Assembly (NCBI GenBank): GCA_964597355.1
Contig: CAZQWS010000004.1
Location: forward strand, 8,645 to 72,644
Direction of reading: 5' to 3'
Length of the DNA: 64,000 nucleotides
From: an uncultured Bdellovibrionales bacterium
GTDB taxonomy: Bacteria; Patescibacteriota; Minisyncoccia; Moranbacterales; UBA1568
Shown: positions 31,603 through 41,235 of the stretch, piece after piece
How positions within the stretch are numbered: position 1 is the stretch's first letter
How the letters are laid out: the number at the start of each line of letters is the position of its first letter
Translations under genes and position numbers: made by a program
The notes under the pieces: generated by a model
Databases searched by the model: none
What the model saw: only the letters and a program-made list of their open reading frames with translations
What the model was told of the DNA's origin: nothing

Positions 31603-31997
31603 CTGAAGTACCAGATCCGCCTTTGGCGGAAAGGAAACCAAGGGTAAGCCTGCCCGAATCGCTACGACTTCGCTCGCGAATCGTTGCGGGCGGGGCCAAT
31701 CCCCAAATGGTCAGTGAAATCTTGAAGAAAAAGATTGGGTAGTTGTCTTTTGGTTCTGCTTCAATTACAGTAGGTGTAGGTTTAACCTCAGGAGATAGTG
31801 ATGCTCAAAAGTCCGCTTGAACGTTTGCCAAAGCCTGATCCGGCCGAAGTTTCCCGGTTGGAACAGTGGCTCAAGAGTTTCGAAGCACGCCGACAAGCAG
31901 CTTGGCCGGCTGAACGGGAGCGAATCATAGCTCAGGCAGAGCTCGCTCAAGAGATGCGCAATAAGATTCTCGACTAAGGGTCTTTTGCGAACGAAAA

Positions 31998-32032
31998 GCG
32001 CTGGTAGGGATTCCCACCAGTGCTCGTTTTTT
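31998..32032. terminator. rho-independent terminator (shared by the convergent gatB-side and miaA units)
   Basis: ctggtaggg-attc-cccaccag stem with one bulged A, then TTTTTT. Confidence 0.5.
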
Positions 32033-32924
32033 ATGCTACTAACTTGAGAGCTTCGTCAGTATTCTCCACCCAATGAATAATCGTGCCACGTTTTTCGAGA
32101 CGGCGGAGCGATGAACGCTGGCGTTTGGCGTAGTGAATAATGTCGTAGGGGAGGGTTGTATTTACTTCTTCGAGTGTCAGCTTTCCTTGAAGATGGCGGG
32201 TAAGAGCACGGTATTCAAGGCCAAAACTTTCCAGTCGCTCATAGCTCACTCCAGCACGGTTCAATTTTTTCACTTCTTCAAGCATACCGGCCTTCATCCG
32301 GGCTTTGAAGCGAGTACGAATTTTTTGATTGAGTTCTTCGACGGGCGGATTGAGTCCAATGATAAAAAATCGCTGAATATCAAAGTTTGAAGTAGGGAGC
32401 TCAGGTACTTTACCAAGGGTTTTGGCGATTTCGATAGCGCGAAGGATGCGCATACGATTGTCTTTATCTACTGTTTTGGCCCGTTCTGGATCGAGGCGTT
32501 TGAGGTAGGCCATGAGCTCGTCCTTGCTACGCCAGCCCCATTTGGCGCGGAAAGCTTTGTCGGGAGCCACTCGGGGCAACTCCATCCCAAAGAGGAGAGC
32601 TTCGATCCAAAAGGTGCTCCCACCACAGATAATCACGCGTTTCCCTCTGGATTCGATATCTTGGATGGCTTTTTCAGTATCTTGAAGAAAGTGAGAAATA
32701 TTATATTCAATTTTTGGATTAGCAATATCGAGAAGGTGATGTCGAATACTTTGTTGTTCCTCACGAGTAATTTTACCCGTGCCAATATCCATGCCGCGAT
32801 AGACTTGCCGACTGTCAGCTGAAATCACCTCGCCATTGATTGCTTTGGCGATGGCGATGGCAAGGTCGGACTTTCCTGAAGCGGTTGGTCCTACGATAAC
32901 GACGATGGGTTGTTTGGTAACCAT
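32031..32924 (-). CDS. miaA: tRNA dimethylallyltransferase MiaA
   Basis: 297 aa: VVIVGPTASGKSDLAIAIAK P-loop, DSRQVYRGMDIGTGK. Confidence 0.85.
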   Translation of the reverse strand: MVTKQPIVVIVGPTASGKSDLAIAIAKAINGEVISADSRQVYRGMDIGTGKITREEQQSIRHHLLDIANPKIEYNISHFLQDTEKAIQDIESRGKRVIICGGSTFWIEALLFGMELPRVAPDKAFRAKWGWRSKDELMAYLKRLDPERAKTVDKDNRMRILRAIEIAKTLGKVPELPTSNFDIQRFFIIGLNPPVEELNQKIRTRFKARMKAGMLEEVKKLNRAGVSYERLESFGLEYRALTRHLQGKLTLEEVNTTLPYDIIHYAKRQRSSLRRLEKRGTIIHWVENTDEALKLVA

Positions 32925-32957
32925 AGAGAAGAAGTATAACCTGTTTCTCTAAAAAAA

Positions 32958-35900
32958 TCAATGGTTTACAGCCGCGGACTCGAGGTCTTTGACAATGACT
33001 TCTACGACCCCGGGGAGGGACTGGAGCTTAGTGCAAGTCTCGTTGTCTAAGGCAACAATAAAAGAGGTACGAATCGTTGATCCAAGAATTTTGACAGCAA
33101 TGAGTGTATCGCCTTCGGGGAGGGTCCGCAAAACTTTTGAGAGCTCATTGATAACTGTGGCTTCAGCATTCTTGTCAAAACTGATAAGAGCCTTTTTAGT
33201 CGCTGTTCGAGGTTCCGATTTCTCTTTCGTATATTTGGCATGAGTGGCGGCGATGCGAGTATGCGTCGAGAGAGTTCGCTTGTTTACTCGACGGACATCT
33301 TCGGCAGCCAGACGGAGGGCTCCATCGCGGCGGTTTACTTTGAGGTCGATTTCGACCACTTCATCTTCTACCAACAATCCTTCCACTCGTTCTACTGTTT
33401 TCCCAAAGACGAGTAGTTCTACTCGGCTGGAGAGGTCTTCGATGTCAATAAAGTAAAGTGGCTGGCCACTTTTCGAAAGTGACTTCCGCACTGTCGTGAT
33501 AATACCACCGATGGTTATCGGCTTGCCATCCGGTTCTTTCTCGATGTCGTGAATGGGCGTGGCGATTTTTTGAAAATATGGTTCGTATTCTTTGATGGGG
33601 TGGCCGCTGACATAGAGCCCAAGAAGCTCTTTTTCCCAACTCAAGCGTTCCCGTTCGGTGGCGGGAGGAACGGATTTCAAACGTATCTTGGTTTCAGGAA
33701 GGGGAAGGGTGCCAAAGAGGCTTCCGGCATGATTTTCTTTGAGATTGCGCGCGTCTTTGCCATAGTGAAGGATAATATCAAGACTTTCGAGAATAGTCTT
33801 GGTCTCACCAAAACGGGCGAGCGCTCCTACTTTGGCCAATGCATCAATACTTCGTTTATTGAGATCCTTGGTTTGAACACGTTCCATGAAGTTTTCGAGC
33901 GAGGTATACTTGCCATTGCGTTTCCGTTCAGCTACGATCTCTGCTGCCGCGATGTCACCGACATTCTTAATCGCTGAGAGCCCGAAGCGGATGCGTTCTG
34001 TGCCATCTTTACCGACGATAACGGCAAAGTCTTGGAAGCTTTCGTTGACATCAGGCGGGAGGACTTCAAGTCCAATCTCTCTCGCTTCACGCACTTCGAT
34101 CGCTACTCGGTCGATGTCGGCCTGATCGCCAGTGAGGAGAGCCGCCATAAATTCTGCTGGGTAGTGAGCTTTGAGGTAGGCAGTCTGATATCCAATGAGG
34201 GCGTAACAAGCAGCATGGGAACGGTTAAATCCATAGCCGGCGAATGGTTCGATGAAGGCGAATACCTTTTCACCGACCGCTTTCCCGACGCCGGTTTTGA
34301 CACAGCCCCCGATAAACTTTTCTCGCTGTTCAGCAACCAGTTCCTTGATTTTCTTTCCGACCGCTTTACGCAAAACGTCAGCTTCACCTAGGGTAAAGCC
34401 GGCCAGGTCACGCGCGATCTGCATCAGCTGTTCCTGGTACACAGCTACCCCGTAGGTGTTCTTGAGGATCGGTTCGAGTTTTGGATGGAGATATCCGACT
34501 TTTTTCTCGTCATGTTTTCCCAAGATGAAATCAGGAATGTACTCCATCGGCCCCGGTCGGTAGAGGGCCACCATAGCGATGATGTCTTCGAATACCGACG
34601 GTTTGAGTTGTTTCAGATACCGTTTCATACCGGTGGATTCCAACTGGAATACTCCGGTAGTATGAGCTTCTTGAAGCACTTTATACGCAGCTTCATCATC
34701 GAGCTCGAGCTTTTCGATGTCAGGTACTTCTTTCCCGAGTTTTCGGGCAATTTTGAGGGTGTTTTCAATCACGGTTAAGTTGCGAAGACCGAGGAAGTCC
34801 ATTTTGAGGAGACCAATTTTTTCGACGGCATTGGCTTTGGTACTCGCAGCGTACTGTGTTACGACAGCATCTTCACCCCCAGCCACGCGCTGGAGGGGAG
34901 TATATTCCGTCACGGGGTCTTTGGTGATGACGACACCACAGGCATGCATCGATGCATGACGAGCCAAGCCTTCAATTTTCTTGGCAGCATCGACGAGGCG
35001 TTTTACTTCCGCAGAACTTTGGTAGTGAGCCTGGAATTCCGGCACGCCTTCGAGTGCTTCCTCGATCGAGGTAAACATCGGGATCATCTTGGCCGTTTTG
35101 TCGCAGAGTTCGAGTGGGACACCAAGAGCGCGACCGACATCGCGGATAGACCCACGCGCTGCCATGGTTCCAAAGGTAATGATTTGGGCTACGTGATCTG
35201 CACCATATTTGCTACGGACATAATTGAGTACGTCTTCACGGCGCACATCGGCGAAGTCCATATCGACGTCGGGCATGCTGATACGCTCGGGATTGAGGAA
35301 GCGCTCGAAGAGGAGATCATATTTGATCGGGTCGAGGTTAGTGATGCCGGTGAGATACGCGACAAAGGAACCGGCAGCACTTCCACGACCTGGGCCTACC
35401 ACTACGCCATTATTCTTAGCCCAGTTCACGAAATCTTGGACGATAAGGAAGTACGAAGCAAAGCCAGTCTTCTCGATCACCGAGAGTTCATAATCAAGTC
35501 GTTCTTTGCGTTCAGGCGTTACTTTCTCTTTGGGGTAGCGTTTTTTATACCCCTCGAGACAGAGTTCGTACAGGTATTCATCAGCGGTTTTCCCATCGGG
35601 CAACGGAAACGAAGGTAACTGATTCTCGCCCATCTTGATGGTGAGGTTGCAAGCGGCGGCAATCTTTTCGGTATTATCGATCGCTTCGGGGATATCTTTG
35701 AAGAGCTCTCGCATTTCAGCTTCACTCCGAAAAGAGAGATTAAACTGCTTCATGGTGAAACGTTCGGTGTCAGTGACCTTCTTGTTGTCACGGATAGCGA
35801 GGAGCACGTCTTGAGTCTCGGCATCTTCTGGATGAATATAGTGGACATCATTGGTTGCGACCAGCGGAATCCCGGTTTCGCGGGAGAGTTGGACAAGTCC

Positions 35901-36461
35901 TTGGTTGGCAACGAGTTGGTTCTCGTAGTCGAGATGTGGCTGGATTTCCAAATAAAAATTCTCTTTACCAAAAATTTCCTGATACTCGAGAGCGATTTGC
36001 TTGGCCCGCTCATAGTTGCCATAGAGGATTTCGGCTGGTACTTCACCTTGGAGCGAACCTGAGAGAGCGATCAGACCCTCGCTATGTTCCCGGAGCAGAT
36101 TTTTGTCAGTGCGGGCTTTGTAGTAGAAGCCATCAAGCTGGGCGATAGAAATGATTTTGAGAAGGTTTTTATAACCGATTTCATTTTTCACCAAGAGCAC
36201 GATTTGGTTGCGCCGCCGGTCTTCAGCGGTGTTGTTTTTGCTCCGGAGGTTTTTGGCGACCCACATCTCAGTCCCGAGAATCGGTTTGATGCCTTTTTTC
36301 TCGGCAGCGACATAAAACTCGATCGCCGCATACAGGGCCGACGTGTCGGTAATCGCGAGGCTCGTCATCCCGAATTCTTGGGCGCGTTCAAGCAAGGCGT
36401 CGGGCGTGGGGAGAGCCGTGAGGAGGGAATAGTGCGAATGGACGTGGAGATGGGTAAACAT
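32958..36461 (-). CDS. dnaE: DNA polymerase III alpha subunit DnaE
   Basis: 1167 aa. N-terminal PHP domain (HLHVHSHYSLL), polymerase palm/fingers (PDVDMDF...), C-terminal OB fold. Confidence 0.9.
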   Translation of the reverse strand: MFTHLHVHSHYSLLTALPTPDALLERAQEFGMTSLAITDTSALYAAIEFYVAAEKKGIKPILGTEMWVAKNLRSKNNTAEDRRRNQIVLLVKNEIGYKNLLKIISIAQLDGFYYKARTDKNLLREHSEGLIALSGSLQGEVPAEILYGNYERAKQIALEYQEIFGKENFYLEIQPHLDYENQLVANQGLVQLSRETGIPLVATNDVHYIHPEDAETQDVLLAIRDNKKVTDTERFTMKQFNLSFRSEAEMRELFKDIPEAIDNTEKIAAACNLTIKMGENQLPSFPLPDGKTADEYLYELCLEGYKKRYPKEKVTPERKERLDYELSVIEKTGFASYFLIVQDFVNWAKNNGVVVGPGRGSAAGSFVAYLTGITNLDPIKYDLLFERFLNPERISMPDVDMDFADVRREDVLNYVRSKYGADHVAQIITFGTMAARGSIRDVGRALGVPLELCDKTAKMIPMFTSIEEALEGVPEFQAHYQSSAEVKRLVDAAKKIEGLARHASMHACGVVITKDPVTEYTPLQRVAGGEDAVVTQYAASTKANAVEKIGLLKMDFLGLRNLTVIENTLKIARKLGKEVPDIEKLELDDEAAYKVLQEAHTTGVFQLESTGMKRYLKQLKPSVFEDIIAMVALYRPGPMEYIPDFILGKHDEKKVGYLHPKLEPILKNTYGVAVYQEQLMQIARDLAGFTLGEADVLRKAVGKKIKELVAEQREKFIGGCVKTGVGKAVGEKVFAFIEPFAGYGFNRSHAACYALIGYQTAYLKAHYPAEFMAALLTGDQADIDRVAIEVREAREIGLEVLPPDVNESFQDFAVIVGKDGTERIRFGLSAIKNVGDIAAAEIVAERKRNGKYTSLENFMERVQTKDLNKRSIDALAKVGALARFGETKTILESLDIILHYGKDARNLKENHAGSLFGTLPLPETKIRLKSVPPATERERLSWEKELLGLYVSGHPIKEYEPYFQKIATPIHDIEKEPDGKPITIGGIITTVRKSLSKSGQPLYFIDIEDLSSRVELLVFGKTVERVEGLLVEDEVVEIDLKVNRRDGALRLAAEDVRRVNKRTLSTHTRIAATHAKYTKEKSEPRTATKKALISFDKNAEATVINELSKVLRTLPEGDTLIAVKILGSTIRTSFIVALDNETCTKLQSLPGVVEVIVKDLESAAVNH

Positions 36462-36796
36462 AGTATGGAGTATTGGGTATAGCGTATTATGTATTTTGCA
36501 TACTCGATACGAGATACTAGATACGCAATACTTTCAAAATAAAAACACCAATCAAAATGAAGGGTGTAGTGATGAAAATACGGCAAATGTGGGCATACTT
36601 TGAATTCTCTCATTATCCGGCTTACGCCTCGGACTTTGCAGAGAAATTACTGTGTCTACCAGTATAAAGCTATTTCAGGAAATTACCAAACTTCGAAGAA
36701 GTTGATAACCCTAGGTTGATGGTATTTCTTTCTGGTTATGCAATACTACAGTAGTATTTGTAAGATAAAGTGTTTTGTGGAACAACCAATTCTGAC

Positions 36797-36836
36797 AGAA
36801 AAAATATGCCCCCGCTGCAAGTTGCATTGGGGGCAG
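36797..36836 (-). terminator. rho-independent terminator after the 93-aa gene
   Basis: Minus strand: tgcccccaatgcaacttgcagcgggggca hairpin followed by TATTTTTTC. Confidence 0.5.
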
Positions 36837-36849
36837 GTGGGTTGGTAGT

Positions 36850-37131
36850 TTAGGTGCTGGCCTTTGCAGCTGCTTCGAGTTCGTTAGCTCGAGCTTCGAG
36901 GGCTTGAGCGTAGTTCTTCCAGAAAGCAGCATTGATGCAGATAGGTTGGCCATCCCATGTCCCGGATCTATCGCGGAAGCGTTCTCTGAATCTATCCCAG
37001 ATAATTTGATCGACACCTTGTTTGGTCAAGGGTTGAATGAGTTCGTCATTCGGTTCCAATACTTGGATGCGGCTTGCTGCCTCATGAGCCCATCTCATCC
37101 CAGCTTCGAGATCATCTTCGCAACTTGACAT
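36850..37131 (-). CDS. small hypothetical protein
   Basis: 93 aa with RBS AGGAG 7 nt upstream and its own terminator. No known motif (MSSCEDDLEAGMRWAHEAASRIQV...). Confidence 0.4.
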   Translation of the reverse strand: MSSCEDDLEAGMRWAHEAASRIQVLEPNDELIQPLTKQGVDQIIWDRFRERFRDRSGTWDGQPICINAAFWKNYAQALEARANELEAAAKAST

Positions 37132-37246
37132 GGCTATCTCCTGGCTGAACTCGACAAGAGGTGTCTTATCGATTGGCTGAAAACTCTCATAAATTACTCA
37201 TCCTGTCAATCAGTCGTACTGATAGGCAGGGGTACAATGTGTATAT

Positions 37247-37960
37247 ATGCAAATTCCAACTTTTGAGCGGGAGGAAAATTTAGTCAGGGAGGGGATGTTT
37301 CCGATTGGGGTGGATGAGGCGGGGAGAGGACCGTTGGCGGGTCCAGTGGTCGCTTGCGCGACACTGTACCGGAATTTCAAATTTCAAAATCCAAATTTCA
37401 AAGCTGAGGAGGAAGATAAGCGGTGGAAATTGGTGCGGGATTCCAAGAAATTATCACCCAAGCAAAGAGAAGAAGCTTTCAACTTTGTGCAAGAACAGTT
37501 TCACGTCGGGATTGGTATTATCGGGCCGGAAACGATTGATCGAGTGAATATTTTACAGGCAACCTTTCTCGCGATGAAAGCCGCTTTGAGTGATCTTGAG
37601 AAACAATTATCGGTGGAAGAAAGACAAAAAATCGTGATGCTTATCGATGGTAACCAAATCATTCCTAATCTCTCTAGTGAGCAAGAAGCTATCGTGAATG
37701 GTGATGGATTGGTGCGTTCTATCGCTGCCGCGTCGATCATTGCCAAAGTAACGCGGGATCACATGATCATGGAGGCCGAAGAGCTTTATCCAGGGTATGG
37801 CTTTGCCGAGCACAAAGGCTATGGCACTGCTCAGCATATGGCCGCCCTCCGGAAATTTGGTCCCAGCCCCATCCACCGGATGAGCTTTCGCCCAGTCCAA
37901 CTTGCCATCCCTGAGAACGTCAACAAACGCTTTGCGAACGTTTTAAAGCCAAAGAAGTAG
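37247..37960 (+). CDS. rnhB: ribonuclease HII
   Basis: 237 aa: GVDEAGRGPLAGPVVACA catalytic DE motif, then ILQATFLAM, with an internal insertion of about 35 aa. Confidence 0.85.
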   Translation: MQIPTFEREENLVREGMFPIGVDEAGRGPLAGPVVACATLYRNFKFQNPNFKAEEEDKRWKLVRDSKKLSPKQREEAFNFVQEQFHVGIGIIGPETIDRVNILQATFLAMKAALSDLEKQLSVEERQKIVMLIDGNQIIPNLSSEQEAIVNGDGLVRSIAAASIIAKVTRDHMIMEAEELYPGYGFAEHKGYGTAQHMAALRKFGPSPIHRMSFRPVQLAIPENVNKRFANVLKPKK

Positions 37961-38011
37961 GCAAAAAGAAAACAGCCATTGGTAGCGGGCTGCACGCTTG
38001 GAACTGGTTGT

Positions 38012-38233
38012 TTAGACATGCCGAACCGGACGGAGTCGGCGTAATTCGCTCCAGGTCTCCGTTACGAGTCCCTTCTTGCATTCGGAGTTTGGTAAGAGCT
38101 CGAGCATGTGATTGTTGCTCTCAAGCAAGAGCTTGAGAGCCCGACGGGTGTCTCGCTGGTTTTTCCAGGAGAAGTAGGCTGTAGTGGCAGCGATGGCCAA
38201 AGCCAGAATAGAAATGATTTCGAAGAACGACAT
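38012..38233 (-). CDS. small hypothetical membrane protein
   Basis: 73 aa with a single N-terminal TM (FFEIISILALAIAATTAYF). Confidence 0.35.
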   Translation of the reverse strand: MSFFEIISILALAIAATTAYFSWKNQRDTRRALKLLLESNNHMLELLPNSECKKGLVTETWSELRRLRPVRHV

Positions 38234-38378
38234 GCTGACCTCTAGAGTGAACGTTGGAAATTTTTCAACTTAATGGAATAGCATTTTATACTTATAAAGT
38301 CAATAGTATAAAGAAGGTCTTTTTTTGGAAAGAAATATGTTGACTTGCCAAGAATTGGCCTATCTGATAGAGTGTTGA

Positions 38379-38404
38379 AGCCTTTTGAACAGGCTTTTTT
38401 GATA
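38379..38404 (+). promoter_or_regulatory. terminator-like hairpin plus T-run immediately upstream of rpmF
   Basis: aagcct-tttgaac-aggctt followed by TTTTTTGA, 14 nt before the rpmF ATG. Possible attenuator. Confidence 0.3.
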
Positions 38405-38417
38405 CTGAATTTCTTCT

Positions 38418-38621
38418 ATGGCACTCCCCAAACAACGGCATACCCATCATCGTCGCGACCGAGCGCGCAAGTTTCATGCCCTCAAGCCAATTGAGACTGT
38501 GACTTGTCCCAAGTGCAGCTCTCCAGTGACTCCTCACCGAGCCTGCAGCGTCTGTGGTGAGTACCGAGGCAAGACTATCCTCTCAGTTGCCCCCAAGATG
38601 AAAGAAAGCAAGACCGCCTAA
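38418..38621 (+). CDS. rpmF: 50S ribosomal protein L32
   Basis: 67 aa: MALPKQRHTHHRRDRARKFHALK...CPKCSSPVTPHRACSVCGEY (zinc-ribbon L32). Confidence 0.9.
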   Translation: MALPKQRHTHHRRDRARKFHALKPIETVTCPKCSSPVTPHRACSVCGEYRGKTILSVAPKMKESKTA

Positions 38622-38709
38622 GCGGTCTTCTTTGTATCTCGAGTTGTACATTGCGGAGGCGGTGGTATACTAAAACCAATAATCAAATCAACAGAAGTTT
38701 TTTACCACT

Positions 38710-39261
38710 ATGGCCAATCGGCATTTGCAGCGCTCGGTCGTCATGCAGTCTCTCTTCGAATGGGACTTTCAGGGAAAGCACGACGAAAACGCGCTCGCCA
38801 TTCTGCGCAAAAATTTGGAGGAATTTGCTCCGGGGCTCGAAGACGCCACGTTTGCCAGAACTCTCCTAGAGGGGGTTTTGAAGCATCGCAAAACGATCGA
38901 TGAACTCATCGAAAAGTGTGCGCCAGAGTGGCCGCTTGAGCAGGTAACGGTGGTGGATAGGAATATTCTCCGTCTTGGGATCGCTGAGCTCATGTTTGGG
39001 AATTACGACGAAGTCCCACCTAAAGTCGCCATCAACGAAGCCATCGAACTTGGGAAAAGCTTTGGGTCGGATTCGACTGCACGGTTTGTCAATGGTGTCC
39101 TGGGGACGATCTATCGTGAGATGGGAGAGCCGATGAAAGATGACTCGAGTGAAAAACACAAGAAGGAACATCCGGTGGAGATGAAGAATGTCAAAGAAAC
39201 CAAAGAGTCCAAGGAACCAAAGAAGAAAAAAGCCAGCAATAAAGCTAAGGCTGACAAGTAA
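38710..39261 (+). CDS. nusB: transcription antitermination factor NusB
   Basis: 183 aa: [14 protein letters not shown]...[10 protein letters not shown], plus a Lys-rich C-terminal tail. Confidence 0.8.
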   Translation: MANRHLQRSVVMQSLFEWDFQGKHDENALAILRKNLEEFAPGLEDATFARTLLEGVLKHRKTIDELIEKCAPEWPLEQVTVVDRNILRLGIAELMFGNYDEVPPKVAINEAIELGKSFGSDSTARFVNGVLGTIYREMGEPMKDDSSEKHKKEHPVEMKNVKETKESKEPKKKKASNKAKADK

Positions 39262-39271
39262 TGAATGCTGT

Positions 39272-39970
39272 ATGACAGAAATGTTTTCGAGCGAAGCACT
39301 GAGTAAAGCTCTGGGGGTAAAGATCAAAAATGCAGCTCTTTTCCAAGAAGCGATGACGCATCGCTCCTATTTGAACGAGCACAAACGTTATCCGTATCCC
39401 CACAATGAACGCCTAGAATTCTTGGGAGACGCCGTACTCGAGCTCGTGGTGACCGAGAGTCTGTACACGACTTTTCCCGACAAACCAGAAGGTGAGTTGA
39501 CCGCGCTTCGAGCGGCGCTCGTCAATAGTGATATGCTCTCTTCGATTGGAGAAAGTTTGGGGATTGAGCAGTTTCTCCTCATGAGCCGCGGTGAAGCCAA
39601 AGATAAAGGTCGGGCGCGTACCTACCTCGTGGCCAATGCTGTCGAGGCCGTGATCGGCGCCCTCTATCTCGATCAGGGATATGAATCAGCCAAAGATTTT
39701 ATTATCTCTCGTGTCCTGTCACGTCTCGCTGACGTACTCGAAGGCAAGCTCTACTCTGATCCCAAAAGCCGTTTTCAAGAGTTAGCTCAAGAAAAACTCA
39801 GCATTACCCCATCGTACCAAGTGATGAAAGAATGGGGGCCGGATCACGATCGCCGTTTTGTGGCAGGAGTATTCCTCGGTGGTGAACTCGTAGCCGAAGG
39901 TGAAGGCTTGTCCAAACAAGAAGCGCAGCGTGAAGCGGCCAAGAATGGCCTCGCAAAGAAAGGTTGGTGA
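39272..39970 (+). CDS. rnc: ribonuclease III
   Basis: HNERLEFLGDAVLELVV catalytic signature and a C-terminal dsRBD. The ORF opens at 39188 but overlaps nusB; start ATG 39272 or 39281 is likely. Confidence 0.85.
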   Translation: MTEMFSSEALSKALGVKIKNAALFQEAMTHRSYLNEHKRYPYPHNERLEFLGDAVLELVVTESLYTTFPDKPEGELTALRAALVNSDMLSSIGESLGIEQFLLMSRGEAKDKGRARTYLVANAVEAVIGALYLDQGYESAKDFIISRVLSRLADVLEGKLYSDPKSRFQELAQEKLSITPSYQVMKEWGPDHDRRFVAGVFLGGELVAEGEGLSKQEAQREAAKNGLAKKGW

Positions 39971-40056
39971 ATAAGACGATAGACTTATTCACCCTGAGTT
40001 TATCGAAGGGTAGGAAAGTTTTTGCATTTTAAAATTTACATTTTTGAATTTGTAAC

Positions 40057-40578
40057 ATGGATATTGTGTCTCATGGCCTGTATGGAGGAGTGCTCTTTGG
40101 CCGAAGCAGCCGAAAGAATTTTTGGCTAGCTTTCTTTTTTGGAATTGCTCCTGACCTTTTTTCTTTTGGGCTTTTTTCGATTGGTACATGGTTTGGATTA
40201 TTTGATCGGCCTGATTGGTCCAGTGGCCCTCCTGCGCCTGACGCTATCCCACAATTCGTACATGTACTCTATAACTTCACGCATAGCTTTGTCATATTTG
40301 CGGTGATTTTTGCTATCGTGCGGCTCATCCGCAAAAAGCCGTATTTCCTCATGCTTGGTTGGCCGCTCCACATCCTTGTCGATATCCCGACTCATTCCGA
40401 TCGCTTTTTCCCCACACCCTTCCTTTGGCCACTCTCTGATTACAAGGTCAATGGGCATCCATGGAGTAGTCCCGAGATCTTCATCCCCAATGTCATCCTT
40501 CTCGTTAGTCTCTATCTTTGGTTTTTCCTAATCAAACCTCGTGTACGTAAAAAATATCCTACTGAGGTTTTAAAGTAG
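40057..40578 (+). CDS. hypothetical polytopic membrane protein (His-rich; possible metal-dependent hydrolase-like)
   Basis: 173 aa, 4-5 TM helices, conserved-looking His (SHGLYGG; HSFVIFA; HILVDIPTHSDRFFP). Confidence 0.35.
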   Translation: MDIVSHGLYGGVLFGRSSRKNFWLAFFFGIAPDLFSFGLFSIGTWFGLFDRPDWSSGPPAPDAIPQFVHVLYNFTHSFVIFAVIFAIVRLIRKKPYFLMLGWPLHILVDIPTHSDRFFPTPFLWPLSDYKVNGHPWSSPEIFIPNVILLVSLYLWFFLIKPRVRKKYPTEVLK

Positions 40579-40667
40579 TCTCCTTTGAACAAGATTGACA
40601 AAGCTAGATGTTTACCTATACTGGCCCCAGGCTCCTTCATTAACCCAACCTGTCTAAGGAGACGGTC

Positions 40668-41110
40668 ATGGACTTCCGTCAAACCATCGTGGCTGCAGTC
40701 TGTCAGGCGATTACGCAACATATCAAGCTTTCTCCATCGAGCGTGCAGTTTACTGCTCTTTTGGCTGACACCCAGGGCAATGCTTGGGCGCGGACTTTTT
40801 CCGAAGGATGCTTGGTTCTGGACTCATCGAACCAAGAGAAATTCGGTCCGCAGTTTCTGAGGGGATCATTGTTTGGGGGCAACAGATGTATGACCAGGTG
40901 TCTCGTGGTCAATACCCGGATTATGTAGCATCTCCTGCAGCTTTGGCTTATGCAATACGTCAGGGCCGTATACCAGGGGAAAACGTATTTCGACGTCTCG
41001 ACCATGGTGAAACCAAGGAACAGTTTCTGGCTCGGGCCGATAATTTGGTGGATGAGGTAATGCGGTACCTTATCGCTGACCCTGACTTTAGGTCTAGAGT
41101 CTTTATTTGA
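40668..41110 (+). pseudogene. hypothetical gene split by a frameshift at a T5 tract
   Basis: ORF 40668..40928 degenerates after ...GNAWARTF. Inserting one T at 40796-40800 joins it to ORF 40784..41110 (...ARTFFRRMLGSGLIEPREIRSAVSEGIIVWGQQ...), giving a coherent protein of about 147 aa. Confidence 0.4.
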
Positions 41111-41235
41111 TCGCAATGCGGTTGATGAGGGGAGTTGCACGAGCAGCCCCCTTCTTTTTCTTTTTAGCTTCAAATCGGCTATACTTGAGGCAAAGTCTGT
41201 GGAGGCTTTCCTTTTTTGATATTGAATTTACTTCC

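Noticed and set aside
36462-36800. Repeated GATAC/ATAC motifs upstream of dnaE as a possible DnaA-box cluster or origin
   Set aside because: No TTATCCACA-like DnaA boxes. AT-rich promoter region only.
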